64,000 nt of DNA from Eubacteriales bacterium (GTDB lineage Bacteria; Bacillota; Clostridia; Oscillospirales; SIG627), in the NCBI GenBank assembly GCA_045594565.1, contig JAZNYT010000010.1, forward strand, positions 321 through 64,320, in the 5' to 3' direction. The notes beneath the pieces were generated by a model. The model was not told the DNA's origin. It worked only from the letters and a program-made list of their open reading frames with translations, and made no database searches. A program made the position numbers and the translations under genes. Of the stretch, positions 7,886 through 16,648 are shown one piece after another. How positions within the stretch are numbered: the stretch's first letter is position 1; each line of letters starts with the position of its first letter.

Positions 7886-9435
7886 CAGTGCCTGAAAAGA
7901 CGTTAAGAAAATTAAATACATATATTCCCTCTCAATGGAAGGTTGCATTTTTTTCGGCTATCATTGTGGGACTTTTTGCACACCTTTATAAGATAACGAG
8001 CTGGATTCCCAACTGGGATTCTCTTGTTTTCAGATATGATTCACAGAATATGATAGGACTTGGCAGGTGGTTTTTGCCTGTAGCTTGCTCTGCCACCTCC
8101 TTTTACGATCTGCCATTTTTGAACGGAATTGTGTCAATCATATTTCACGCTCTCGGTGCAGTTTGCATTTGCAAGGTGCTGAGCGTTGAAAAAAAGATTA
8201 CCGCCTCGATTATAGGCGCTTTGACCATATCCTTTCCTACCGTTACCTCGGTGCTTATGTATAACTACGTGGCAGATGGCTACGGCATCGCGTTTTTCCT
8301 TTCTGCTCTTGCGGCAGTTCTTATGACGAACGAAAAGCCGAGATATTTTCTTTCGGTAATTCTTATCGCCTTATCGGCAGGTATTTATCAGGCGTATCTT
8401 ACGGTAACTATAATGCTCCTGCTCCTCCATCTTATCGATGAAATTATTTACCGAAATGCCTCTACGGCAGTAATCTTAAAAAAAGGACTTTTTATGGCGC
8501 TTACCGGAGTAGCCGGGCTTCTCATCTACAGTGCAATCCTCAAGGTACTTCTTGCCGTATTTTCCACAGAGCTTCTCGACTATCAGGGAATGAGTGAAAC
8601 GGCATCCTTTTCGAATATAAATATCCCCGCTTCCCTTTACATCGTAAAGGAAACGTTTATAAGACTGTTCTTTGATCCCCGTCACGACGTGAACGTGTAT
8701 CTCATCGCAAACATTTTTGTTTTCATCTTTACCGCTTTTTACTATCTGAAAACCATATTCAAAAGCGGCATTTATAAAAACGTGTCCAAGCTTGTTGTTG
8801 TCTTTCTGCTCACAGTTCTTCTTGTGATAGGCGCAGGAGCACTTGCTTTCATAAATGCAAGCATCGACTATCACAGTCTTATGCTTATGGGCTACTTCGT
8901 CTTCTATCTGTTCTTCGTCATTATTTACGAAAGAGGCAGTGAGGGCGACAAAGCCGCTTGCTTCAAGTGCTGGACGGTGCTTATAGTATCGGCTATTATA
9001 ATAGCAAATCAGGTGGTTATAGCAAACGTAAGCTATCACAAGGGACAAATGGCTTATGAGCGGTCATACGGTGTTTTGATTCGTATTGCCGACAGGATAG
9101 AGGAAACGGAGGGTGCAGAGGATTGCGACAGAATTCTTGTTGTAGGCGCCCTTGACAATAGCGAAAGCTATAGCGTTGACCTTCCTCCAAACGTTACGGG
9201 TGTCACCGACGGATATATAATACGCGCAGACGATGAAACGGTAGGACAAAGCGTAGTTACCGCAGCTCTTCGTGACTACTGTGAAAAGGACTTTGACTTT
9301 TTATACGGAGATGAGAAAAAGGAATTTCTTCAGAAGGACCAAGTGAAAGCCATGGAGAAGTGGCCGTCGGAAAACTCCGTTGCAGTGATAGACAAAACTA
9401 TTGTTGTTAAGCTTGGTGCAGAAGGTGAAAATTAA
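7870..9435 (+). CDS. polytopic membrane glucosyltransferase-like protein (GtrC / Glucos_trans_II-like, GT-C type)
   Basis: 521 aa; an alternative GTG start at 7888 follows GGAGTGG. Many TM segments, then a soluble C-terminal domain. N-terminal HLYKITSWIPNWDSLVFRYDSQNMIGLGRWFLP resembles the GtrII family. Confidence 0.6.
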   Translation: MVGVVTVPEKTLRKLNTYIPSQWKVAFFSAIIVGLFAHLYKITSWIPNWDSLVFRYDSQNMIGLGRWFLPVACSATSFYDLPFLNGIVSIIFHALGAVCICKVLSVEKKITASIIGALTISFPTVTSVLMYNYVADGYGIAFFLSALAAVLMTNEKPRYFLSVILIALSAGIYQAYLTVTIMLLLLHLIDEIIYRNASTAVILKKGLFMALTGVAGLLIYSAILKVLLAVFSTELLDYQGMSETASFSNINIPASLYIVKETFIRLFFDPRHDVNVYLIANIFVFIFTAFYYLKTIFKSGIYKNVSKLVVVFLLTVLLVIGAGALAFINASIDYHSLMLMGYFVFYLFFVIIYERGSEGDKAACFKCWTVLIVSAIIIANQVVIANVSYHKGQMAYERSYGVLIRIADRIEETEGAEDCDRILVVGALDNSESYSVDLPPNVTGVTDGYIIRADDETVGQSVVTAALRDYCEKDFDFLYGDEKKEFLQKDQVKAMEKWPSENSVAVIDKTIVVKLGAEGEN

Positions 9436-10302
9436 ATGATTTATTTTTGTGCCGACGATTACGGGCTGAACCCACTGACGTCGAAGCGTATAAAGGAATG
9501 CGCCGACATCGGTGCGCTTAACAAGATAAGCGTATTTCCGAATATTGCGCCCTTTGATTTAAAGGAAATTCTTTCGGATAACAAAATAAGAGTTTCTCTG
9601 CATCTCAATCTTGTTGAAGGGCGTTGCATGGCAAAGCCACAAGAAATAGATTTGCTTGCGGATGAAAAGGGAAATTTAAAGCACACCTTCGGCGGACTTT
9701 TTAAATTAAATTTGACAAAAAGAAAAAAGCTTGAAGAACAGCTTTACAACGAAATAAAAGCGCAGGTTGTGTACTGGAAGAGTCTTCTTCCCGAGGGTAC
9801 TGCTTTTTGCATCGACTCTCATCAGCACACGCATATGATTCCCGCGGTATTTAGTACACTTTTAAGAGTGTTGAGGGATGAAAAAATCGACTTGGAATAC
9901 GTAAGAATTCCCGCCGAGCCGCTGCTCCCTTTTATAAAAACGCCTTCCCTGTATTTCACCTACAGTGCGGTGAATATCATAAAGCAATGGCTTCTGAAGC
10001 TCTTATGGCTTATAAACAAGGCTCACACAAAAGGATATAAAATACCCACGGCTTACTTTTTCGGAATTCTTTTTTCGGGTAAAATGGACGAGAAAAGAGT
10101 TATGAGAATTCTGCCTCATTACGTAAAGCTTGCCGAAAAACAGGGCAAGGATATAGAGGTTTTGTTTCACCCCGGTTACTTTTCGGAAGGCGAAGAGCTT
10201 TCTGAAAACGAAAGTATAGTTTTCCAAAAGTTTTATTTATCCAAAAGCAGAAAAACAGAATTTGATTCTGTAATTAAAATCGCAGAAAGAGGTAAACTGT
10301 AA
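9436..10302 (+). CDS. ChbG/HpnK (YdjC-like) carbohydrate deacetylase
   Basis: 288 aa. MIYFCADDYGLN...SLHLNLVEG...DSHQHTHMIP are the metal-binding motifs of the YdjC family. Confidence 0.8.
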   Translation: MIYFCADDYGLNPLTSKRIKECADIGALNKISVFPNIAPFDLKEILSDNKIRVSLHLNLVEGRCMAKPQEIDLLADEKGNLKHTFGGLFKLNLTKRKKLEEQLYNEIKAQVVYWKSLLPEGTAFCIDSHQHTHMIPAVFSTLLRVLRDEKIDLEYVRIPAEPLLPFIKTPSLYFTYSAVNIIKQWLLKLLWLINKAHTKGYKIPTAYFFGILFSGKMDEKRVMRILPHYVKLAEKQGKDIEVLFHPGYFSEGEELSENESIVFQKFYLSKSRKTEFDSVIKIAERGKL

Positions 10303-10982
10303 TGCCTTACATTGAACAAGACAAGGTAGACGAAAAAACAAGAGAAAAGCTGGAGGCTATCATAGAGAAATCCTATCGAACCTTCTGGAAAAGCAAGAGA
10401 CTTTTCGATATCTTCTTTGCAACGCTCATTCTTCTCTTCTTCCTTCCTTTGATGATAATAATTGCCATCGTCATAGTAATCGACGACCCCAGCGCAGGTC
10501 CCTTCTATAAGCAGATAAGAGTGGGACGCCACGGAAAAGAATTTTATATGTACAAGTTCAGAACCATGCGTGCCAATGCAGACAAAATGATTGAAGAGCT
10601 TGCTAAGATGAACGAAATGGACGGTCCTGTATTCAAGATTAAGAACGACCCCAGAATCACAAGAGTCGGAAAGTTCTTAAGAAAGCTCTCACTCGACGAG
10701 CTTATGCAGTTCTTTAACGTTCTCAAGGGTGATATGACCCTTGTAGGTCCGAGACCTCCGCTTCCTCGCGAGGTACAGTACTATACGGATTATCAGAAGC
10801 TCAGACTTCTCGTTACTCCCGGACTCACCTGTACCTGGCAGATATCTAAAAACAGAAACGATATTCCCTTCGAGCAGTGGGTTGAAATGGATATCGAATA
10901 CATACAGACAAGAACCTACGCTAACGATTTGAAAATTATGCTCAAAACACCGATAGTTATGCTTACGGCTACCGGAAGATAA
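10302..10982 (+). CDS. polyprenyl-phosphate sugar-phosphate transferase (priming bacterial sugar transferase)
   Basis: 226 aa. One N-terminal membrane hairpin, then KFRTMRANAD...GPVFKIKNDPRITRVGKFLRKLSLDELMQFFNVLKGDMTLVGPRPPLP, the Bac_transf signature. Confidence 0.9.
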   Translation: MPYIEQDKVDEKTREKLEAIIEKSYRTFWKSKRLFDIFFATLILLFFLPLMIIIAIVIVIDDPSAGPFYKQIRVGRHGKEFYMYKFRTMRANADKMIEELAKMNEMDGPVFKIKNDPRITRVGKFLRKLSLDELMQFFNVLKGDMTLVGPRPPLPREVQYYTDYQKLRLLVTPGLTCTWQISKNRNDIPFEQWVEMDIEYIQTRTYANDLKIMLKTPIVMLTATGR

Positions 10983-10996
10983 AACGGAGTAAAAAA

Positions 10997-12121
10997 ATGA
11001 AAATTGCTATGATCGGGCACAAGGTCGTTCCCTCCAGACGCGGAGGAATCGAAAACGTGCTTACAACTCTCTGTCCTATTCTTGTAGAAATGGGACACGA
11101 GGTCACCTGCTATAACCGCTCATCCGACAAGGTTGAAAACGAGTACGTGGGAACTGTAGAAAACAAGACATTTAAGGGTGTAAAGCTCAAAAACGCTCCC
11201 ACTCTTGACGTTCGAGGCTTTGCTGCAATGATAGCCTCCTTTACAGCCGCCATATCGGCGTCCTTCTGTAAATACGACGTGATACATTTTCACGCCGAGG
11301 GTCCATGTGCGGCGCTTTGGATTCCCAAGCTTTTCGGAAAGAAGTGCGTTGCTACCGTTCACGGACTCGATTGGCAGAGAGAAAAATGGGGTAAAGGCTT
11401 TGCATCCAAGTATATAAAGTTCGGTGAAAAGGTTCTTGCAAAATACGCCGACGAGGTAATCGTTTTGAGCGATGCCGCGCAGGATTATTTTAAAAAGACG
11501 TATAACAGAGAAACCACCGTCATTCACAACGGTATCAGCCGTCCCGAGAAAAAATCTGCCGAAATCATCACCGAAAAGTACGGACTGAATAAGGACGAAT
11601 ACATATCTGTGGTATCCAGACTTACAGCAGAAAAAGGAATTCATTACCTCATCGATGCTTATCTTTTGCTAAACACCGACAAAAAGCTCGTTATCGCGGG
11701 AGATACCAGTGATACCGACGATTACGTAAGGATGCTGAAGGAAAAAGCAGAGGGAAATCCTAACATCATTTTCACGGGATTCATTTCGGGCGATACCTTA
11801 AGCGAGGTATATTCCAATTCATATATTAACGTTCTCCCCTCCGACCTTGAGGGTATGTCACTCTGCCTTTTGGAGTCACTTGCCTACTCAAATGCTCTCG
11901 TTTGCTCGGACATTCCCGAAAACACAGCGGTAGCCGAAAACCGAGCGCTTTACTTCAAAAAGGGAAACGTAGACGACCTCAGAGAGAAGCTTCAGTTTCT
12001 TTGCGATAACCGCGAAGCAGTTGAGAAATACCGCGATGGCGCAGATGAGTTTATTTTAAGCAAGTATAATTGGCGAGACGTTGCAAAATCCACAGTTGAG
12101 CTATACCAAAAACAGAAATAA
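10997..12121 (+). CDS. glycosyltransferase family 4 (GT-B)
   Basis: 374 aa. MKIAMIGHKVVPSRRGGIENV... and the C-terminal E-x7-E region EGMSLCLLESLAYSNALVCSDIPEN. Confidence 0.85.
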   Translation: MKIAMIGHKVVPSRRGGIENVLTTLCPILVEMGHEVTCYNRSSDKVENEYVGTVENKTFKGVKLKNAPTLDVRGFAAMIASFTAAISASFCKYDVIHFHAEGPCAALWIPKLFGKKCVATVHGLDWQREKWGKGFASKYIKFGEKVLAKYADEVIVLSDAAQDYFKKTYNRETTVIHNGISRPEKKSAEIITEKYGLNKDEYISVVSRLTAEKGIHYLIDAYLLLNTDKKLVIAGDTSDTDDYVRMLKEKAEGNPNIIFTGFISGDTLSEVYSNSYINVLPSDLEGMSLCLLESLAYSNALVCSDIPENTAVAENRALYFKKGNVDDLREKLQFLCDNREAVEKYRDGADEFILSKYNWRDVAKSTVELYQKQK

Positions 12122-12133
12122 GGGTTTATTGAT

Positions 12134-13378
12134 ATGGATGAAAGAATAAACATTGATGATATGGAGCAGTATCAGGAAAAGATAAAAGAGCTTTTCGCAG
12201 AGCTTTCGTCGGAAGAGCTTGCTCGCACGTGGGCTGACACCTTTGACATAGACGAGATTGACGAAAAACGGATTACCGTTATTTATCACGGCACCGAAAG
12301 CGTCAAGCTTTTTAAGAAGAAATGCCGAGGGGCTTTGGAAATCTCGGTACACTCTCTTTTCGGCTCGGTGAAAAAAATAAAAATAGTAAAAAAGAAAAAA
12401 AGTAATACCTCTCACAAGGCTCTGGCACCCAAAACGAAAAAGAACATCAAGGCTTTGAATTTTTTCGTTATCGGTATTATCTTTCTTGGTATTGCGGCAT
12501 CGGTCATTGTCGTTTTGTGTAATTATATCGTCAACAGAAATTTCAGAGAGACGTTTTACATTACAAGCAGTATAAAGGTTGACAGTCCCATCAGAGTTAT
12601 TCAGATATCGGATCTGCACAGTACCTCTTACGGCAAGAACAACGAAGCACTTCTTGAACGAATCAGCAGGCTGAAGCCTGATATCATTATCTGTACAGGC
12701 GACATTGTGAATTCGGCGACAGAAGACCTTGACTATGCGACGTCCTTATGCAAAAGTCTTGCAGAGATCGCCCCCTCTTATTACGTATACGGAAACAACG
12801 AGGTGGAAAGCATTTACGGCTTCCCTCTCGTAAAGAATACCTTAGATAAGAAATTCGGATTTGACGACAACAACCGCGACGAATCGGCACTTTGGGATAT
12901 CGAAGACACCTTTGAGGAAAAGCTTGAGAGCGTCGGAATCAAGGTTTTGAAGAATGAAAAGGATACCGTAAGGATAAAAAATACGAACGTTGACGTATAC
13001 GGAGTTTTAAGCTCAAATCCTTCGGCGTTCTGGCCTTATTCGGGAAATGCTTTCCTCGATTATATGTACGAGGACACCGACAACGTTAAGATAACAGCGG
13101 TGCACGAGCCTTTCATTTTTGAAGAACTCGGTGCTGAATATTGGGGCGACCTGATGATAGCGGGGCATACACACGGCGGTATAATGAGAATACCCGTGCT
13201 TGGCCCTCTCTACACAAACGAAGGCGGTCTCTTCCCCGAAAGAAGCGGTGCTTTCGTTTACGGAAGATACAACGTGTCGGGCGCTACCCTTATAGTTAAC
13301 GCGGGTCTTGATAATTCAAGTATCCTTCGCATAAACAATCAGCCCGAGCTGGTTGTTATCGACGTCAATAGATTTTAG
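12134..13378 (+). CDS. membrane-anchored metallophosphoesterase with an N-terminal cytoplasmic domain
   Basis: 414 aa with one TM segment (FFVIGIIFLGIAASVIVVLCNYI). Calcineurin-like motifs IQISDLHS, CTGDIVN, GNNE, VHEP, GHTHGG. The first roughly 90 aa form a separate small domain. Confidence 0.75.
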   Translation: MDERINIDDMEQYQEKIKELFAELSSEELARTWADTFDIDEIDEKRITVIYHGTESVKLFKKKCRGALEISVHSLFGSVKKIKIVKKKKSNTSHKALAPKTKKNIKALNFFVIGIIFLGIAASVIVVLCNYIVNRNFRETFYITSSIKVDSPIRVIQISDLHSTSYGKNNEALLERISRLKPDIIICTGDIVNSATEDLDYATSLCKSLAEIAPSYYVYGNNEVESIYGFPLVKNTLDKKFGFDDNNRDESALWDIEDTFEEKLESVGIKVLKNEKDTVRIKNTNVDVYGVLSSNPSAFWPYSGNAFLDYMYEDTDNVKITAVHEPFIFEELGAEYWGDLMIAGHTHGGIMRIPVLGPLYTNEGGLFPERSGAFVYGRYNVSGATLIVNAGLDNSSILRINNQPELVVIDVNRF

Positions 13379-13385
13379 GAGGTGA

Positions 13386-14747
13386 ATGGATTTGTTTACA
13401 GGACTAATTCTGAAGCTGATACTTCTCGTTATCGGTTTGATATTTGTAGCATCTGTTGCATTAATTTTATTACGCTCAAAAAACGTAAACCGTACAGAGC
13501 GTACACAGATTTTCAAAACTGCCGAGTATTTCAACGCGGGAATAATTATGCTCTGCCTTATCATAGCCATTGTGTACGGACTTCTCAATCACTTTGAAAT
13601 GAAAAAATCCGTTCACGCCATAGTCGCACTCAATTATTCCGAAGCCTCCAATGCACTTAATTCCAACGGTACAAGATACAATATGTCGGAAATTATAAGC
13701 GACGAGGTAGTTGAAAGAGCCATCGAGAAGGGCGCACTTGAAAACGTCACCGTAAGTCAGCTTAAAAGCTGTCTCGTGGTTTACCCTTGTGTGCAGGGCG
13801 GTGTAGATGATGAAGCTCAATATCACATATCCACCGAATTTGCGGTAGAATACCACGCTTCAAAGGAAACCGCGCACCTGGATTCCGAAAACGTAATAAA
13901 ACTCATAACCTCGGCTTACAAGGAATACTATATCGAAAAATATACCGATAATTTCAGTCTTGATGCCGAAAAGCCCGACTTTGATAAGATGGAATATATG
14001 GACATCGTAGCTTATCTCGATAAGGAAACACAAGCTGTTCTCAATTATTTGTACGGTATGGCGGCAAAGAACAACAGCTTCGTTACCGAAAACGGAAGCA
14101 CATTTAATTCCATTGCGGGCAAGGTTTATCAGTTCAAGGAAACCCAGATAAATCAAAATCTGCGCGCACTCATTCTTCAAAACGGTGTTGTAAGAGATAA
14201 AAACGGCTACGTTGACCGACTCTCTTACCACAACAAGAACGTAGACTTTGACAGGCAGAAGAACGAGGCTTCATACAGACTTTGCAATGAAGCGATTGCT
14301 ATGTACAGTGAAGAAATGACCCGAATCGTTCTGGTACCCACCTGGGACCAATCGGGAAAATATTATATGGGTCGAACAAAGGTAGGTATCGACGAGCTTT
14401 CTGTTAAGGCTACCGAGTTCAGCGACTACGTTGCATCAAACGAAAAAGAGATTATGGACAACAAGCTGATAATCGACAAAATATCGGCAGCTGACTACGG
14501 CGCTAAATTTTACGTATCGGCAGATTCACTTGTAAATGCAATCTATGATAATCTAAAGGCTTTTGAAAAAGAAGCGGTAACGGCAGGAAGAGAGTATTCA
14601 AGACACAAAATGAATCAGTGTATCGCGGTAACCATTTACGGTATATCCATTATGGACGAGCTTCGGACACTGATACTCTTTGCGGCATTTGCATATCTGT
14701 CATTTGTGCTTTACAGAATTTCTAAAAAATTCCCCAAAAAATCTTAA
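13386..14747 (+). CDS. bitopic membrane protein with PCP/Wzz-like topology (function unknown)
   Basis: 453 aa with AGGAGG RBS. N-terminal TM segments, a large hydrophilic middle, and a C-terminal TM (LILFAAFAYLSFVLYRI). No kinase domain. Confidence 0.5.
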   Translation: MDLFTGLILKLILLVIGLIFVASVALILLRSKNVNRTERTQIFKTAEYFNAGIIMLCLIIAIVYGLLNHFEMKKSVHAIVALNYSEASNALNSNGTRYNMSEIISDEVVERAIEKGALENVTVSQLKSCLVVYPCVQGGVDDEAQYHISTEFAVEYHASKETAHLDSENVIKLITSAYKEYYIEKYTDNFSLDAEKPDFDKMEYMDIVAYLDKETQAVLNYLYGMAAKNNSFVTENGSTFNSIAGKVYQFKETQINQNLRALILQNGVVRDKNGYVDRLSYHNKNVDFDRQKNEASYRLCNEAIAMYSEEMTRIVLVPTWDQSGKYYMGRTKVGIDELSVKATEFSDYVASNEKEIMDNKLIIDKISAADYGAKFYVSADSLVNAIYDNLKAFEKEAVTAGREYSRHKMNQCIAVTIYGISIMDELRTLILFAAFAYLSFVLYRISKKFPKKS

Positions 14748-14768
14748 GCCGTCTGAGTGAGGATTAGA

Positions 14769-16628
14769 ATGAAAAATTTCCAGATTTTAAGATATATAAA
14801 AAAGCTTCTGCCGATTATTATAGTTTTTTGTCTTCTTATGACGTACGCTATTTATTTTAAGCTGTCGTCCTCAAACACCTATATTGCGTCAGAGGTTATA
14901 CACTACAACGATGAACAGGCTGAAAAGGGACTTGCTCCTACAGGTGACAAGCTGGACGTAAATGAAATAAAGTCCTCTGCGGTTATGTCGAAGGTCGTTG
15001 ACAGAATGGGTCTTACGGGAATCTATTCGGTTGACAATCTTATATCTAGAATCAACATAACGCCCATCGAGGACGCGGACAAGGTAGCACAGAAGGATGC
15101 AAAGCTGGAAGAAGGCGAAGAGTACGTATATAAGCCCAGTACCTTTATCGTTTCCTTCTCTTCAACCAGTGGAGAAGGTCCTGAATTTGCAAGAACGATA
15201 CTTGACGAAACCCTTGACGTCTATTTTGAACAGTTCAGTCAGAAATACGTAAACGTAGCTCCCGCCAATAACACCATAGAAAAGCTCAACAAAAACGATT
15301 ATGATTTTATTGAGATGATGGAGCTTATTGACACAAGTATTGATAATACACTGAACACGCTTTATCAGCGAATCGGTCAGAATAATTTCTATAGGTCAAG
15401 CGAAACGGGAGTGTCCTTTTCGGAGCTTGCCGACGACTTCAATTATCTGAGAGAGGTCAAGGTCTCCTCCCTCCTATCGAGAATTTACAAGTATCAGATA
15501 ACCAAGGACAAGACGGTGCTTGTTTCCGACTATACCACAAGAATAGATAACAACAATATTTCCAATGCAAAGGACGAAAGCATTGTAGAGGATATTGTTA
15601 CCGTAATTGATGCATACGTTACGAAAATGAGAGAGTCGGGAAATACGAACATTTCCTATGAATACATTCTCGACAACGTGCATGAAAGAAACGTTCAGGA
15701 TTATTTCGGAGATCAGACAGTAACCTACGACGAGCTTATATATAGCTGGCGAAACAACAACGAAAGCAAGGAACACTCCATTATTGACTCGGCATACTGC
15801 AAGTATATCCTTGACACCTTCACAAGCTGTACGGGAAAATGCAACGACAAATGCCAAGATTCTCCTCTTACCTGCGCAGAGCTTTGCGATAAGGAATATG
15901 CAAGGGTACGGGAAGAGGTGGAAAGCGAGATAGATACCCTTCTTGCAGAGCTGAACACCCTATATGAAACCACAACAAAAACAAATACTGAGTACAACAA
16001 ATATCTTGGTGCAAGCTACATTTCAGTTTTGTCTTCAGCTTCTATCAGAGAAAGTGTTAACGTTATTCTCTATACTGCAATTGCCTTCTTCTTCCTTGTA
16101 GTTGTTTGTATCGGCGGTGCAATAGTTCTCGGAAGAACCGGAGATATAATAAACTATATTTTCTATACAGACCACTTCACAGAATTCGGCAACAGAGCAT
16201 ATCTTGATAAATATTTCAAGGCGAAGGACAAAAAGCTCCTGGACGACGGTGTTGTGTACTGTCTTGTGGATATAGCAAATCTTGCGCACATCAACTCTGA
16301 ATATTCAAGAGAGGTGGGCGACGATATAATCAAGATGTTCGCAAACTATATAAAGGAAACCTTCGGTAAATCAAAGACAGAGTTCATATACAACGGTAAC
16401 GGCAGCTTCGTAATGCTTACGGAAAATGCAGATTATATCACAGTTGAAGATATAATGAGACTTTTCAGACTCAGACTGGACGAAAGAGATGAGCTGAGAA
16501 ACGTAGTTATCGAGTATAAGATAGGTATAGCAGAAACCTTCAAGGAAAATAAGACTGCAAGAAGACTGTTCTCCGAAGCTATAGAAAATAAAAAGAGCTA
16601 CGTTTCGGATTTAAGAATCAGTAACTAA
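14769..16628 (+). CDS. Wzz/PCP-type polysaccharide co-polymerase fused to a degenerate C-terminal GGDEF domain
   Basis: ORF track 14757-16628; ATG 14769 follows GAGTGAGGA. TM1 LLPIIIVFCLLMTYAIYF, a large outer domain, TM2 VILYTAIAFFFLVVVCIGGAIVLG. Then TDHFTEFGNRAYL...VYCLVDIANLAHINSEYSREVGDDIIKMF...IYNGNGSFVML, with NGNGSF where GG[DE]EF should be. Confidence 0.65.
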   Translation: MKNFQILRYIKKLLPIIIVFCLLMTYAIYFKLSSSNTYIASEVIHYNDEQAEKGLAPTGDKLDVNEIKSSAVMSKVVDRMGLTGIYSVDNLISRINITPIEDADKVAQKDAKLEEGEEYVYKPSTFIVSFSSTSGEGPEFARTILDETLDVYFEQFSQKYVNVAPANNTIEKLNKNDYDFIEMMELIDTSIDNTLNTLYQRIGQNNFYRSSETGVSFSELADDFNYLREVKVSSLLSRIYKYQITKDKTVLVSDYTTRIDNNNISNAKDESIVEDIVTVIDAYVTKMRESGNTNISYEYILDNVHERNVQDYFGDQTVTYDELIYSWRNNNESKEHSIIDSAYCKYILDTFTSCTGKCNDKCQDSPLTCAELCDKEYARVREEVESEIDTLLAELNTLYETTTKTNTEYNKYLGASYISVLSSASIRESVNVILYTAIAFFFLVVVCIGGAIVLGRTGDIINYIFYTDHFTEFGNRAYLDKYFKAKDKKLLDDGVVYCLVDIANLAHINSEYSREVGDDIIKMFANYIKETFGKSKTEFIYNGNGSFVMLTENADYITVEDIMRLFRLRLDERDELRNVVIEYKIGIAETFKENKTARRLFSEAIENKKSYVSDLRISN

Positions 16629-16648
16629 AAATAAAGGAGGGCAAGGGC

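Noticed and set aside
8476-9048. 190-aa minus-strand ORF, and similar antisense ORFs inside the polysaccharide operon (for example 11120-11644, 12101-12619, 20345-20758, 21298-21868)
   Set aside because: They overlap well-supported plus-strand enzyme genes on the opposite strand and have no start context or family resemblance.
16400-16460. Canonical RxxD inhibitory site in the degenerate GGDEF domain of the PCP fusion, which would support direct c-di-GMP binding
   Set aside because: Aligned by eye to PleD (RAIDLPCRYGGEEF), the equivalent residues are GKSKTEFIYNGNGSF, so there is no RxxD. I therefore do not claim c-di-GMP binding; I note only a degenerate domain of unknown ligand.
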